Below are positions 18,300 to 28,859 of a stretch of DNA of 64,000 nucleotides, in pieces (position 1 is the stretch's first letter; each line of letters begins with the position of its first letter). The position numbers and the translations under genes were made by a program. This stretch comes from a virus (Duplodnaviria > Caudoviricetes): IMG/VR virus record IMGVR_UViG_3300031418_000003; one strand, written 5' to 3'. Under the pieces are notes generated by a model that was given only the letters and a program-made list of their open reading frames with translations, was not told where the DNA came from and made no database searches.

Positions 18300-20219
18300 T
18301 TAATACTGGGAGTACGCGCCATTCCAACCCATACCGGCAGCCTGTACAGCCTGTGACAGTTGGGTAGTGATAGCGTAGTTCAGGTAATCGTTACCGGTGT
18401 TCATCTGCCACATGGTCGCGGTGCTTGAACCGGACAGAGTCAGAGTACCGGCCTGAGCCATAGCCTGCGCGAAGGTCGCGAAGAAGCTGTTTTCCCAGAT
18501 GAAACGACGGTTCCAGCCATCGAGGATGACGTTACCACCGAACAGCTGAGTCAGGCGAGTGTAGATGTTGAACTGACGAACCTTCAGGTTTTCACCTGCG
18601 ATGGTACCGTTGATCAGACCCTGGTATTCGCTGATAGCATTTTCGTTGTTGCCGTAGTACGCGTCTTGACGCAGGAACATACCGTCGACTTCGGCCAGAT
18701 CGAACCACTTACCATCTTTACCTTGTGCAATACCACTTGGCATGATGATGTTGGTTGCTTTCAGGATTGAATCGCCCGGCGCCCAATCAGTGCGTGGGTT
18801 ACGTGCAGCACCTTTGTTAGCATTCGCCTGTGCAATTTCGCTGAACTTGTTTTTGGACAGCGCATCGAGCAGGGTCAGCAGGGTACGATGATAAGTAGAG
18901 CCAGAAGGCTTACCGACCAGGTTCCACCAGAAATCGGTGTTCGCTACATCGTGGGTGAAGGTTGACAGATCCAGGACATACACAGCGTTTGGAGATACGT
19001 AAGTACCCAGCCACTGATTGATGACCTGCGCGTTGGTGATGTTTTTGTCGGTGATGTACTGTGGAGTACCGAATGCACCGCCGATAGACTGCATGATCTG
19101 AGACAGGTAGAAGTTGAAGTTACCGATATTACCACGGTGACCGACTTCTTTGCTGCGCAGCGCTTCTGAGAAGTAGTTGATGTTGTTCGCACCGATAGAT
19201 GCGTACAGACCCAACAGAGCAGTCAGCAGAGAGCTGTTGTTGTTCAGGGTTTCGCCTGGAACAGTCAGACCAGTAGAGATTACTGGAACCAGTGGACCAA
19301 CTACTGCACCCGGTGCACGCTGACGAGCGCCCTGGAACTGACTCATTGACATTGCTTCCAGAGAAACAGTCATGTAGGAAGTTGCAACAGAACGGCTCTG
19401 TGAGCTGTTTGCGTTCTGGGTGTTGTTTTTGTTGGTGGTAGAGATCTTGGCAGACAGGTTGTACGGAGTAGGTACGCCGTCGATGATGACTTTGTGAACC
19501 GGCTCGATACGCGCTACTGCAGTATCATCTTTACCGAACAGCTGACCGTCTTTGAACGGGTTAGGGAATGACACACCTGCAACGGTCGCTTCCAGAGAGG
19601 CGATGTTGAACAGAGAGGTTGACCACTCTTTCAGGATGCTGTTGGTTACCTGACCGATCATGTCTTCGGTGCTGATCTGGTTTTTGATGAACGGTTCCAG
19701 GTTGCGAACAACTGGTGCCAGAACGATCACTTTGGTGTACTGTTTGCCTTCGATGAAGCTGTACTGAGCTTTCACTTTCTCCAGCAGCTGACCATCCATG
19801 AAGTTGGACGCTGGTTTAGCGATCGCACGCGCCGCTGGTTCGTTGGCCAGGTAGACAGATTCGGTCACTTCGGTGATACCGGCTTTGTAGAACAGAACTG
19901 GCTGAACGTAAACCACGCTACCGATAACGGTATGCAGACAGATGCCTGGCAGGCTTGGAGAGATGTCAGAAGTGATGTTCTGAACTTTCTTCGGCAGTGA
20001 CAGTTTCTGCGCTTCAGTTGCGGTGTTCTGGTTCAGCGCTTCGATGGTCTTTTCGATACGCTTCACAACTTCTTGCACTTCGGCGATGTTGTGAGTCGAA
20101 GAGATCAGGTTCTGCTGACCCAGCAGAGCGAGCAGCGGGTTGTTGCTTGACATGTTAGTGTTACCTGCGTTGTTAGAAGGTTTGTTGTTGTTTTCAGAAG
20201 CGTGGTTATCAAGAGCCAT
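18300..20219 (-). CDS. chmA: Chimallin (phage nucleus shell protein)
   Basis: 639 aa; immediately upstream of nvRNAP beta' N; disordered N-terminus; strong high-expression codon bias. Confidence 0.85.
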   Translation of the reverse strand: MALDNHASENNNKPSNNAGNTNMSSNNPLLALLGQQNLISSTHNIAEVQEVVKRIEKTIEALNQNTATEAQKLSLPKKVQNITSDISPSLPGICLHTVIGSVVYVQPVLFYKAGITEVTESVYLANEPAARAIAKPASNFMDGQLLEKVKAQYSFIEGKQYTKVIVLAPVVRNLEPFIKNQISTEDMIGQVTNSILKEWSTSLFNIASLEATVAGVSFPNPFKDGQLFGKDDTAVARIEPVHKVIIDGVPTPYNLSAKISTTNKNNTQNANSSQSRSVATSYMTVSLEAMSMSQFQGARQRAPGAVVGPLVPVISTGLTVPGETLNNNSSLLTALLGLYASIGANNINYFSEALRSKEVGHRGNIGNFNFYLSQIMQSIGGAFGTPQYITDKNITNAQVINQWLGTYVSPNAVYVLDLSTFTHDVANTDFWWNLVGKPSGSTYHRTLLTLLDALSKNKFSEIAQANANKGAARNPRTDWAPGDSILKATNIIMPSGIAQGKDGKWFDLAEVDGMFLRQDAYYGNNENAISEYQGLINGTIAGENLKVRQFNIYTRLTQLFGGNVILDGWNRRFIWENSFFATFAQAMAQAGTLTLSGSSTATMWQMNTGNDYLNYAITTQLSQAVQAAGMGWNGAYSQY

Positions 20220-20315
20220 TATACAAATTCCTTATTTAAAATCAGTGATATAGATTAACGTTAATTTACATGGTGGGGATCAGATGAAATGACATCTAGT
20301 CTTCTATGCACTATA

Positions 20316-20332
20316 ATAATATAGACTTCAAA
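20316..20332 (-). promoter_or_regulatory. Early-type promoter motif upstream of chimallin
   Basis: Minus-strand ttgaagtctATATTAT. Confidence 0.55.
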
Positions 20333-20490
20333 AATTATAGGAACATCTTTTTCTCACAGTAAATCGTATGTATACTTAAAAATAAACGTACGACTCCCGT
20401 GTATCCTTAAGGACAAGCCTTAAGAATTAGTTTACATATAATACAAATGTTACGTAATTATTTACGGAGCACTTAATGAGGTTTATTTGA

Positions 20491-21588
20491 ATGTCCTATT
20501 TCAAACTTCAACCTAATGGGTTGAACTATGCGGTTAAGCCGTATGGTGGACTGGTAAACCTAGAACGGATAATGTCGAGAAACGAAGATCGCTTCTTTAA
20601 TTATATCAATCTAGGAAATCGCACGGTTCCTAACCAGAATCCATTGGTGCAGTTCTTACAGTCATTCTCGGTGAACGTAGAATGGGATCGCGACTATTTA
20701 ATTAATCAGATTCATTCCCGTGCTCAGCAAATAGCAAGCTTGACCGATTTCACTTCTTTATACAGTAAAGGTGAAAACCATATCGGGTCAATCTATCCAG
20801 AGAGTAACCACAATACCCTGCTGGTGATTCCTTTTGGTAATCCAAGTCCTGCACAAATAAATGACTATTTCAGTATCGATTTAGATGAGCTGGTTCCGAT
20901 GTACCCAATCTACACCACTGATACTATTCAGCGTTGGGACATTATGGATCTCATCGACACACGCTCTCTGAAAGCCCCTGCTGATATTTTTACCATTGTC
21001 AATGTCGATGTCTATGCGTTAATCATCGGCTTCTACCGTTGGTTACAGCGCGGTGTAGAGTGGGGTAATTCTCCACATGGATATATCGCCAACTTTCCGT
21101 TGATGAATTGTTATCTCTATCATAACGAGTTGGTGAACTTTAACTACCTCAATGGACAAACAACGGATATTGATATCTCTAAGGGGAATTGGAACTTAGA
21201 GAACTACTATACTCAGTTAACCGAATACACTGAGTATAAGAACCGTTGGATGCTGGGCAACATCATGCAGTCTTTCACTGAGTTTGTTCAGGTTAATAAA
21301 CGAACCAATTCGAATGTACGACTGAATAAGATGGTCTATCCAGAAGCCTACAAAAGTCTGTACTTCGTTCAGATGAATTGGGTTTGGAGTTTGGCGTCGT
21401 TGGGATTGGTTGAGAAATATATCCGCTATAACAACCTTCTGGGTTCTGTAGACGGTCAGATAAAAGCTCAGTTAAATTTGTATTACACCAAAGTTCAACT
21501 GCAAAGTCAAATTAATCAAATCCCTATGCCGATGTGGAAGAAACACTTCACCGATATCTGGACACAAGTCAAAGATATAAAACCATAA
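20491..21588 (+). CDS. Conserved protein divergent from chimallin, probably late/virion
   Basis: 365 aa; GAGG RBS; TCGTATG late-like motif upstream. Confidence 0.7.
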   Translation: MSYFKLQPNGLNYAVKPYGGLVNLERIMSRNEDRFFNYINLGNRTVPNQNPLVQFLQSFSVNVEWDRDYLINQIHSRAQQIASLTDFTSLYSKGENHIGSIYPESNHNTLLVIPFGNPSPAQINDYFSIDLDELVPMYPIYTTDTIQRWDIMDLIDTRSLKAPADIFTIVNVDVYALIIGFYRWLQRGVEWGNSPHGYIANFPLMNCYLYHNELVNFNYLNGQTTDIDISKGNWNLENYYTQLTEYTEYKNRWMLGNIMQSFTEFVQVNKRTNSNVRLNKMVYPEAYKSLYFVQMNWVWSLASLGLVEKYIRYNNLLGSVDGQIKAQLNLYYTKVQLQSQINQIPMPMWKKHFTDIWTQVKDIKP

Positions 21589-21596
21589 TAGAAGGT

Positions 21597-21626
21597 GAAC
21601 TCTATCCGGATATCCGGATAGAGTTC
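21597..21626. terminator. Bidirectional terminator
   Basis: Perfect palindrome gaactctatccggatatccggatagagttc between convergent genes. Confidence 0.75.
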
Positions 21627-21651
21627 TGTAAATTGTTTTACATAAAATTGA

Positions 21652-22476
21652 TTATTTATTAACCATCTGCTTTGCTTTATCCAGAAACTTTAAGAATTGA
21701 ACACCGGACTCTTTACTGATGAAGATTAAGGATCGCTGGTTACCCATAATACCATCAGTGGAGATGCATACTGCCGGCTTATCACAAATTGACTGTTTGA
21801 ATACGCGCAGGTTAAGTTCACCAAACCATTCCCAACTAGTATCTATTTTTACTTCTCTGGTGTCAGTCTCAATCAAACATTTGATAGCTTCGGATAACTT
21901 ATCAATGAATGATTTATCAACAAATCCGAATGAGAACATCTCGTAGGGACCGACAATGGTGAGTTGGTATGATAACTCCCCAAAACTATGTCTTTTAAAA
22001 TCCCACCATGAGAATAGATTAATAGACCCCACTTTTTCTTTGGAGACCATTTGTTCACCGACGGCATTTTTAACAATGTAAGGCTTATCTTTATGATAAG
22101 GACCGTCAGCAATATACAATTCGAGAGATCTGATTAAACCGTTATAGCATTCCTTTCCTAATAAGAGACATGAACCGATTCTAATTGTGGAAGGAGTATA
22201 CTTAATAGCCGACAATTTGCTCTTTGTTGTTCCGCAGGCGCGAATAAGTACTTTCAATTCACTCAACACCGTTTCAGCATCCGATTTATTCAGAGATGGT
22301 GATGTTGCATGTCCCACAACAACTTGACAGTATTTCTCATAAATCAACAGATGGGAATACCGAGTAGGGTCGATATTGATGGAGGCCAGTGCAACTGGCG
22401 GCTTCCAAATAAGTGGGTTATCTACAAAACCTGTTTTTTCTTTCATTATAAGCTCCTCGCTTATTGGGTTTATCAC
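21652..22476 (-). CDS. Hypothetical protein
   Basis: 274 aa ORF. Confidence 0.7.
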   Translation of the reverse strand: MINPISEELIMKEKTGFVDNPLIWKPPVALASINIDPTRYSHLLIYEKYCQVVVGHATSPSLNKSDAETVLSELKVLIRACGTTKSKLSAIKYTPSTIRIGSCLLLGKECYNGLIRSLELYIADGPYHKDKPYIVKNAVGEQMVSKEKVGSINLFSWWDFKRHSFGELSYQLTIVGPYEMFSFGFVDKSFIDKLSEAIKCLIETDTREVKIDTSWEWFGELNLRVFKQSICDKPAVCISTDGIMGNQRSLIFISKESGVQFLKFLDKAKQMVNK

Positions 22477-22520
22477 TACGGAAGAGTCATGGGCGGTACT
22501 CCCGCCCTCACTCGATACTA

Positions 22521-24599
22521 TTAATGTTCGTCACTAACCAGACGGGTAATGGAGTCGTTCATGAAATACAGACCGGTTGAGTTTAAGACTTCATAAACAC
22601 ATTTCAGGTTCTGTTTAATCACCGTGCGATAATCCACCGCCTTCTTGATCTCATCCGGGATACCCTGGATGTATTGCAGACGTTCCATTGGGATGACAAT
22701 GTTGCCGAGTTTATCACGACCTGCTAAAGTGAAGTGTTCCTCAAGCTTGGCTTTGATATCCGGATCCTGGATAGACTCAAACCACTCTTTCAGTTTGGAC
22801 TTCGTTCCCAGATCAACCGACATTTTGACACCCACATAAGGAAGCTCTGGAGCCGGACCGTATTTATCAGCAAACACGTTTTCCCACAGTTCATGATAGA
22901 AGTACACTGAACCTGATGGATTACTGTATGCGGCTTTACCTTTCACACCCTGACGGGACAACCACTTCCAATCGCCACTGTTGATGTCGTTAACGATAGT
23001 GCGCTCCAGATCCCCAATCTCTTTCAAGATTACCGGGGCATCCAGTTTCTTCTTGTGCTCAATCGCCTCCAATGTATCCACCATTAACTTCTGTGCAAAG
23101 TCTTTGATGTTCTTGGCAATCTTCGATGACTTCAGATGCACCCCTTTGATCTCCATTTCGGGTTTCTCGTTCATCACCCCCTCCACCATTTGCTGACTGG
23201 CATAATAGTGTTTGGACATCAGGGTGGTCACATAAGCACCAAAGTAGTATTCGTTCTTCATCCCCAACATGCGCAGGTTACGCTTACTCACGTTAAGGTT
23301 AGCCGACAACTGTTGATGTTGGTCAACCGAGATCATGCGAATGAAGTAAGTCAATACCGCATTCAAACGAATACCTTTCTCACGGTCATTGGTGTACGAC
23401 TCGATCATTTCATCCACGGTGTAGATTGAGGAGTCGGTATCAGAAGTCAACACACAGTCACGGATAGAAGAAGTTACGTCAAACAGACCCGATGGCGGGA
23501 TAACTGATTTGAAGAACACATTCATCAAGTCTGAGTATTTCTTCTCAACGTGATCGTGGTGATGGTTTAATGCGACAATCTCCAGCATCGGGGTATTACG
23601 TGGAAGCTTAGACACTGCCAAGACATATTTGTCATCGTTATCCGGAGCGACATAGTCCTTGATCTCTTTCCCTTCTTCCGGTGGGTTCAATGCTGCAAAC
23701 TCATCGAAGAAACCGGAGATCACTTCTTTGTTGTGGTTAAACAAAGAAACCAAGTCCAGGGTATAAAGAATAGAGGCCAAATGCAGAGGTTGTAATTCTT
23801 TCAGGAAGTTCTTGATGACTTCCATGTACTGGAACGAATCCCAATAACGAGAAGAACAGTAAATCACACGTTCCATGACATCATCGATGGTTGGGTAATG
23901 GAGTTTGTATTTCTCCATAACGTCTTCCAGCTTCTTCATGTCAGTAACCTGGATACGTGCCATGATCGACTGTAACGTATTCTCAGGGGTGTTATAGAAA
24001 CGGTTACCGGCAATGAACTGTTCGTTAATTAAGTTTGCTGTGGACGTTAGACAACGACAGGTAGACGTCAGTGAAGTATGACCGGTCTTGTTATTGATCG
24101 GCGTACCTTCTGATGACATGGCACCAGACTGTGCGTTGTTAAAGATCTTAAAGGCGTTCTGTAATTCGTGGTACTTATCATAGAGTTCATCGTCACCGGC
24201 TTTGTGTGCCTTCTTACGAAGTCCTTTATAATAGTTTCGGTTGTCGATAAAGAGACGTGTACCGATTGAGTTCACACACTCTTCTTCTTCTGAGTTGGTG
24301 TACGCAACCATAGAAGGGGAGAAATGATAGTTGTTCTGCTGAACATGTTTCAATACAGAGGAGAAAGGAATAACGTGTAACTCACGGTCACCAAGTTTGT
24401 TTTTAATAATGACTTTGGCACGGCGAGAACGAAACTCGTCTTTCTTCTCTTTAAAATATTTTATCAGATTCGCTCTGATCTCAGATTCATCTTCACCGCG
24501 TACTTTCGCAAGAAACGTTGCGTGTTGACTAATCGCATGTTTCAGTATATTGCGGTCGCTGCTGTATTCCTCTGAGAGAAATGGTCCCACTCCAGACAT
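22521..24599 (-). CDS. Family B DNA polymerase, polymerase subunit (phiKZ gp50-like)
   Basis: QNAFKIFNN (motif B-like), LTSDTDS (motif C), EIKGVHLKSS; no obvious exonuclease domain. Confidence 0.88.
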   Translation of the reverse strand: MSGVGPFLSEEYSSDRNILKHAISQHATFLAKVRGEDESEIRANLIKYFKEKKDEFRSRRAKVIIKNKLGDRELHVIPFSSVLKHVQQNNYHFSPSMVAYTNSEEEECVNSIGTRLFIDNRNYYKGLRKKAHKAGDDELYDKYHELQNAFKIFNNAQSGAMSSEGTPINNKTGHTSLTSTCRCLTSTANLINEQFIAGNRFYNTPENTLQSIMARIQVTDMKKLEDVMEKYKLHYPTIDDVMERVIYCSSRYWDSFQYMEVIKNFLKELQPLHLASILYTLDLVSLFNHNKEVISGFFDEFAALNPPEEGKEIKDYVAPDNDDKYVLAVSKLPRNTPMLEIVALNHHHDHVEKKYSDLMNVFFKSVIPPSGLFDVTSSIRDCVLTSDTDSSIYTVDEMIESYTNDREKGIRLNAVLTYFIRMISVDQHQQLSANLNVSKRNLRMLGMKNEYYFGAYVTTLMSKHYYASQQMVEGVMNEKPEMEIKGVHLKSSKIAKNIKDFAQKLMVDTLEAIEHKKKLDAPVILKEIGDLERTIVNDINSGDWKWLSRQGVKGKAAYSNPSGSVYFYHELWENVFADKYGPAPELPYVGVKMSVDLGTKSKLKEWFESIQDPDIKAKLEEHFTLAGRDKLGNIVIPMERLQYIQGIPDEIKKAVDYRTVIKQNLKCVYEVLNSTGLYFMNDSITRLVSDEH

Positions 24600-24685
24600 C
24601 TTGGTTCCCTCATTAAGAGAAAAAAAAAATAATTAGGTAAACATATTACCAGACCTACCGTATGGTAGGCCCAGTAATAGGATAA

Positions 24686-25111
24686 TTATTTATTGTCATC
24701 GATCTTAATTGTGTATTTCACATTCAAGCTGTTCAGGCAATCAATCAATGGCGCTTTCTGCCATTCTTGGAATGTCTGGATAATGACAGTTGCAGTGCGA
24801 GTCGTTAATGTGGTTAATGAATCCACATTGATCCAGGGGAATCCAATCACGAGGTAATCAGATTTGGTTGGATCTAACTGCAAGATAAAGTAGTTATAGA
24901 CGGAGGGATCATTGACATTATCAACGCTGTCTTTAAAGAACGGATAAAAGTTAGCGTGTTTAACATCAATAGACGGGTCGATTAACCGAGCCACACCGTA
25001 AGGTGCAATACTGTTAACCACCGCTGCCTTATATTGATCCCCGTAGATACCCTGTGTAATCATATCAAAATTGATGATGTCATCTTTCTTGATAAGGGTG
25101 ATATCTGTCAT
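24686..25111 (-). CDS. Conserved hypothetical protein
   Basis: 141 aa ORF in operon. Confidence 0.75.
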   Translation of the reverse strand: MTDITLIKKDDIINFDMITQGIYGDQYKAAVVNSIAPYGVARLIDPSIDVKHANFYPFFKDSVDNVNDPSVYNYFILQLDPTKSDYLVIGFPWINVDSLTTLTTRTATVIIQTFQEWQKAPLIDCLNSLNVKYTIKIDDNK

Positions 25112-25794
25112 CGGTTATGGACCTCAAGCAAAATAAGTGGGAAGGTTATCAAAGTATCCCCGTGCTTTGCTTTTGATCCTGGAATATCCAAGATATTAAT
25201 ATCCTGCATGAATTCCTGTGGAAGAATTTGGTTATTGATGTTATCAAATAAGAACTCATCTACACCCGTAAGGAAAGACGACAGATAACTCTCCACCCAT
25301 TCCCGTAAAAAATTGGCCAGCTGTCCAGGTGTGAGAACAGCTTCGTTGGGAAGTTTAAAGTGGTGATTGTACTCTGGAGTAGAGATGTATTCAATTTGAG
25401 GATTCATGTTATAACAAACGTTATCCCAAAAACTCTCGACGTACATCCAGAGTTTATCTTCGCCGTCTCCTTCGAAGAGATCAGAAAGGTCATCCAGGAC
25501 TCGACCTAATACTTGATGATAGTTGTCTTCTTCGAGAAACTCTTCCTCGCCCTCAATCGCGATAAACTCGGTATATTTTACCATTGATTGGACGCTACTT
25601 AAAAAAGAGACAACGATCTTCTCTTGCCAATCTTCCAGCTCTTGCTTCTGGCGAGTTACTTTATAGTTGTTCTCGAAGGTCTTGAGAACGACATTAACAA
25701 GTTCAGTCGTCAGCGGTTCATCTTTTAAATCAAGGTGTTCTACGATACCTCCTAACAGCTTATCGTAGTCGAAGTGGTTTGCCTTTATGTACAT
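25108..25794 (-). CDS. Acidic hypothetical protein
   Basis: 228 aa ORF, coupled to neighbours. Confidence 0.75.
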   Translation of the reverse strand: MYIKANHFDYDKLLGGIVEHLDLKDEPLTTELVNVVLKTFENNYKVTRQKQELEDWQEKIVVSFLSSVQSMVKYTEFIAIEGEEEFLEEDNYHQVLGRVLDDLSDLFEGDGEDKLWMYVESFWDNVCYNMNPQIEYISTPEYNHHFKLPNEAVLTPGQLANFLREWVESYLSSFLTGVDEFLFDNINNQILPQEFMQDINILDIPGSKAKHGDTLITFPLILLEVHNR

Positions 25795-25797
25795 ATG

Positions 25798-26106
25798 TTA
25801 CCTGCATTGAAAGGTCATGTAGAGACCTGTACCTGTTCCTTGTAGCTGACAGATAATTTCTTGGTAGTCTCGGTTAAGGCCGTCCAGAAACATCTTGAAA
25901 CTCAGGTAGTCGGCGGTAAAGCGATCATCCATATTCTTGTTCCCGGTCTCCATCGTCATTTCAGCAGTCAAGTCACGAGTACCGTTATGCTGAACGTTGT
26001 ACGCTTCCAGCAACATGATGACGCAGTTCAACAACGTGGTAAAGGGTAACCCAGGGTGAATCAGTGTGTGGGTAAAGTTTGCAGGGGGTTGATGAGATTC
26101 ACTCAT
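25798..26106 (-). CDS. Hypothetical protein
   Basis: Start moved to MSESHQ, overlapping the upstream stop. Confidence 0.65.
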   Translation of the reverse strand: MSESHQPPANFTHTLIHPGLPFTTLLNCVIMLLEAYNVQHNGTRDLTAEMTMETGNKNMDDRFTADYLSFKMFLDGLNRDYQEIICQLQGTGTGLYMTFQCR

Positions 26107-26404
26107 CCCGGTCAGCATGTTCATTGGTATGGTCCTTAATATAGAAACGGTTGTTCTTAATATAGAAATCTTCCACATTATCCGTATAGTTCAGTTCACT
26201 TATGAGCTCATATAAAGTAGGTCTGAGTTCTCTTTTAATACTGACATCAAATGGACTGAACCATCTGGACAGCTGTGCGTTAAGGATTTCCTCCCGACGA
26301 TGCGAGAGGAAATCCAAAATAACAGTAAAGAGTTTCTCAGTATCTAATCCATAGCGCTTAGCAATCTGAAGTATCGGAAAGATGTTGCAAGTATGCAACT
26401 TCAT
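26099..26404 (-). CDS. Hypothetical protein
   Basis: 101 aa ORF with GGAG RBS. Confidence 0.7.
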   Translation of the reverse strand: MKLHTCNIFPILQIAKRYGLDTEKLFTVILDFLSHRREEILNAQLSRWFSPFDVSIKRELRPTLYELISELNYTDNVEDFYIKNNRFYIKDHTNEHADRDE

Positions 26405-26406
26405 TC

Positions 26407-27039
26407 TTACTCCTCAGTGATTTCTAAATGCATCGCCTTCCACAGTAGGTTGTTGCCATCCCAGCATGTCTGGTCGAAAAGAGACTTGATATCGACACGA
26501 TGTCCAAATTTCTCTTCTAATTGATCTTGAAACTTAACAAACTCTTTTTGTAACTCTGGCCAGAGCTCACTAACAAAACGTTGACGTGGGTCGTATCCGA
26601 GATCAGTGAATTCTTCAGATTCCCCAGGATGGATCTCCACCAAGATAAAGTTCAAGTTATCCCGCCAACGAACCAACCGATATTTACGCTCGGGGTCAAT
26701 ACCCTTTTGATTGACCACGTAGTCACGGAATAACAGAAGCAGTTCATCAAACTCTTCAATTATGGCTTCGTGTTCAAACCAGTAAGTCAACTCCGGACAA
26801 CGCATATACCCGATTACATCAAAATACCCAGAAGCTTTAATAACCCATTCACGCAACCCCCAGATCACAGCCGGACGATTAGCACTGGTGATAAACTGAT
26901 GGGCAAAGAGCAACTTCTTTTCTAACTCTTCATCAATAATGGAATCGAACGATGTGAATTCGATTCTACCGTTTATCGAACATGGATTCAAGTTGGTCGA
27001 TGCTTGGGTAGTCAATAACGGCGTCGCTGACATCTTCAT
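26407..27039 (-). CDS. Hypothetical protein (start uncertain)
   Basis: Long ORF overlapping the upstream gene by ~70 nt. Confidence 0.65.
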   Translation of the reverse strand: MKMSATPLLTTQASTNLNPCSINGRIEFTSFDSIIDEELEKKLLFAHQFITSANRPAVIWGLREWVIKASGYFDVIGYMRCPELTYWFEHEAIIEEFDELLLLFRDYVVNQKGIDPERKYRLVRWRDNLNFILVEIHPGESEEFTDLGYDPRQRFVSELWPELQKEFVKFQDQLEEKFGHRVDIKSLFDQTCWDGNNLLWKAMHLEITEE

Positions 27040-27448
27040 TATCCGTTTCAGGGGTAGACAGGAATGATTCCACTGTTGCTTCCAGGTCCATGCTGATCGC
27101 ATGAAACTTAATGGTACTGCGCGGGAGAGCCCGCTCTACCAATTTGTATTTCATTCGGTTATCAAACCCAGCAAGATAGAATTGCTTCTTGATCTCGCGC
27201 ACTTCTTCGTAGATGGTCGAATAGAACAACTGAAGTGAAGTGTCGTCAGAATACTTACTGCGTAACTCCTCCCCGATAGCTTCTTCAGAAGTTTGATGTT
27301 TGTTGTTCAGTGCCCTGACAATAATGTCTAACACCAGAGGGTAGTAATACGCGACGTATTCCTGAACCGTTTGATTATTGTCTTCCGCTGACTGATAAAG
27401 GAATATCCCTATATTTGTTTTAAGGGTGCGGCTATCAATGTTGTACAT
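26966..27448 (-). CDS. Conserved hypothetical protein
   Basis: 160 aa ORF. Confidence 0.7.
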   Translation of the reverse strand: MYNIDSRTLKTNIGIFLYQSAEDNNQTVQEYVAYYYPLVLDIIVRALNNKHQTSEEAIGEELRSKYSDDTSLQLFYSTIYEEVREIKKQFYLAGFDNRMKYKLVERALPRSTIKFHAISMDLEATVESFLSTPETDNEDVSDAVIDYPSIDQLESMFDKR

Positions 27449-27456
27449 ATTGTTGC

Positions 27457-27735
27457 TCAGTGTATAGTGAGTTGAAATACAAGATTACCCAGACTTGCCA
27501 AAACAGCACAGTCAGTAACATGTACACCAAGGAGACATTCCTCGGCATAATTCTTAATACTTTCATACACATAAGAGTGTTCGAAAGACAAATTGGGATC
27601 GTAATATCCAGCTTCTACGGGGAACCCATTATCTTGACAAACCTTGGCCAAGATAGAATGTGCCAACCCGATGTCATTTTCAGATATCACATTTAGCGCG
27701 GTACGTTGATGAGTCAATCTAAACAAAATTTTCAT
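27457..27735 (-). CDS. Hypothetical protein
   Basis: 92 aa ORF following the PhuZ terminator. Confidence 0.65.
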   Translation of the reverse strand: MKILFRLTHQRTALNVISENDIGLAHSILAKVCQDNGFPVEAGYYDPNLSFEHSYVYESIKNYAEECLLGVHVTDCAVLASLGNLVFQLTIH

Positions 27736-27773
27736 GGGGGCAAAAGCCCTGGGAATTCCCAGGGCCTCCTTTA

Positions 27774-28724
27774 TTACATCATGCCGTCGTCGTTTGCGTC
27801 GCCGCCAAAGTTCAGACCACCTTTATTGCGGAATTGACCAGCCAACTGATCAGCTTTCACTGACTTGGCATTGATCATTTCTTTCAGGCTTTCCAGGGTA
27901 TCACCGTGATCCAGCACTGCGTGCGTGGTTTGATGAATACCATGATAGGTCTGACCATAGATACCCGCTTTGCGATACAACAGATCTTCGAATGGAGATT
28001 TGATCTGGTCTGCATCCGCATACAGGCTCAGCGCCGCCACAGGTTTGCTTTCATATTTACTGAGGCCATCTTCGGTCAGGAATGTCAGCTGAGTCAGAAC
28101 TGGATCTGCGTCTACGATAGACGTGTAGAAGAAGAAGTTAAACACGTCGGCATAGTCGATACGTTCATTTTCCAGACTGAACATCATGATTGCGTTATCG
28201 ATACGGGCAGCGGCCTGCGCATTGATTTCGCCCTGAGTAATGGTCGGTTTGTTTTCCAGGTAGGTAAACAGAACAGAGTGACCGAACTTGGTCTGGTTGT
28301 ACAGAGACCCCAGTGTACCGATGGTGTTTTCATGCTCTTTGAAACTTGAGCGATCACCAATCACAATCGCCAGTACTGGAATTTTGCGCTCCAGTAAATA
28401 GCGGACAATGAATGGACCCAGAGCCGCACCGGTGCCGCCGCTGGTTGAGAACACTACGATGTTGAGTTTGTTCGGCGCATATTTGGCCAGCATCTGCTTG
28501 GTGAAGTCAGGATACTTTTCAAGATGAGCCTGTTTGTTACCACCTGAACCTTCTGCACCTGGAACACGCTCTACATTGAACGCACCGTCAGTGACCGGGT
28601 TAGCACTGGAGGTATCAAAGCCAACGATGGTATCGATATCGCGACCATTACGGTTGTCTTTCAGGAAACGATTAGCAACGTTGATCCCGGTACCGCCTAC
28701 TGCATAGATGTTAAAATCTTTCAT
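27774..28724 (-). CDS. phuZ: PhuZ tubulin-like spindle protein
   Basis: YAVGGTGIN, GAEGSGG and STSGGTG tubulin/FtsZ signature motifs. Confidence 0.93.
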   Translation of the reverse strand: MKDFNIYAVGGTGINVANRFLKDNRNGRDIDTIVGFDTSSANPVTDGAFNVERVPGAEGSGGNKQAHLEKYPDFTKQMLAKYAPNKLNIVVFSTSGGTGAALGPFIVRYLLERKIPVLAIVIGDRSSFKEHENTIGTLGSLYNQTKFGHSVLFTYLENKPTITQGEINAQAAARIDNAIMMFSLENERIDYADVFNFFFYTSIVDADPVLTQLTFLTEDGLSKYESKPVAALSLYADADQIKSPFEDLLYRKAGIYGQTYHGIHQTTHAVLDHGDTLESLKEMINAKSVKADQLAGQFRNKGGLNFGGDANDDGMM

Positions 28725-28859
28725 TTACTTTCCTTTATAGGTTAAAGTTACTTCGTCAGGTTGCATAAAGCTCCAAATCCTTCTTTATGCGATTTAATCG
28801 TCTACATGATGCAACGATCAGTATTACTTAAATAAAGCGCTTAAAATTGATTACAGAGC

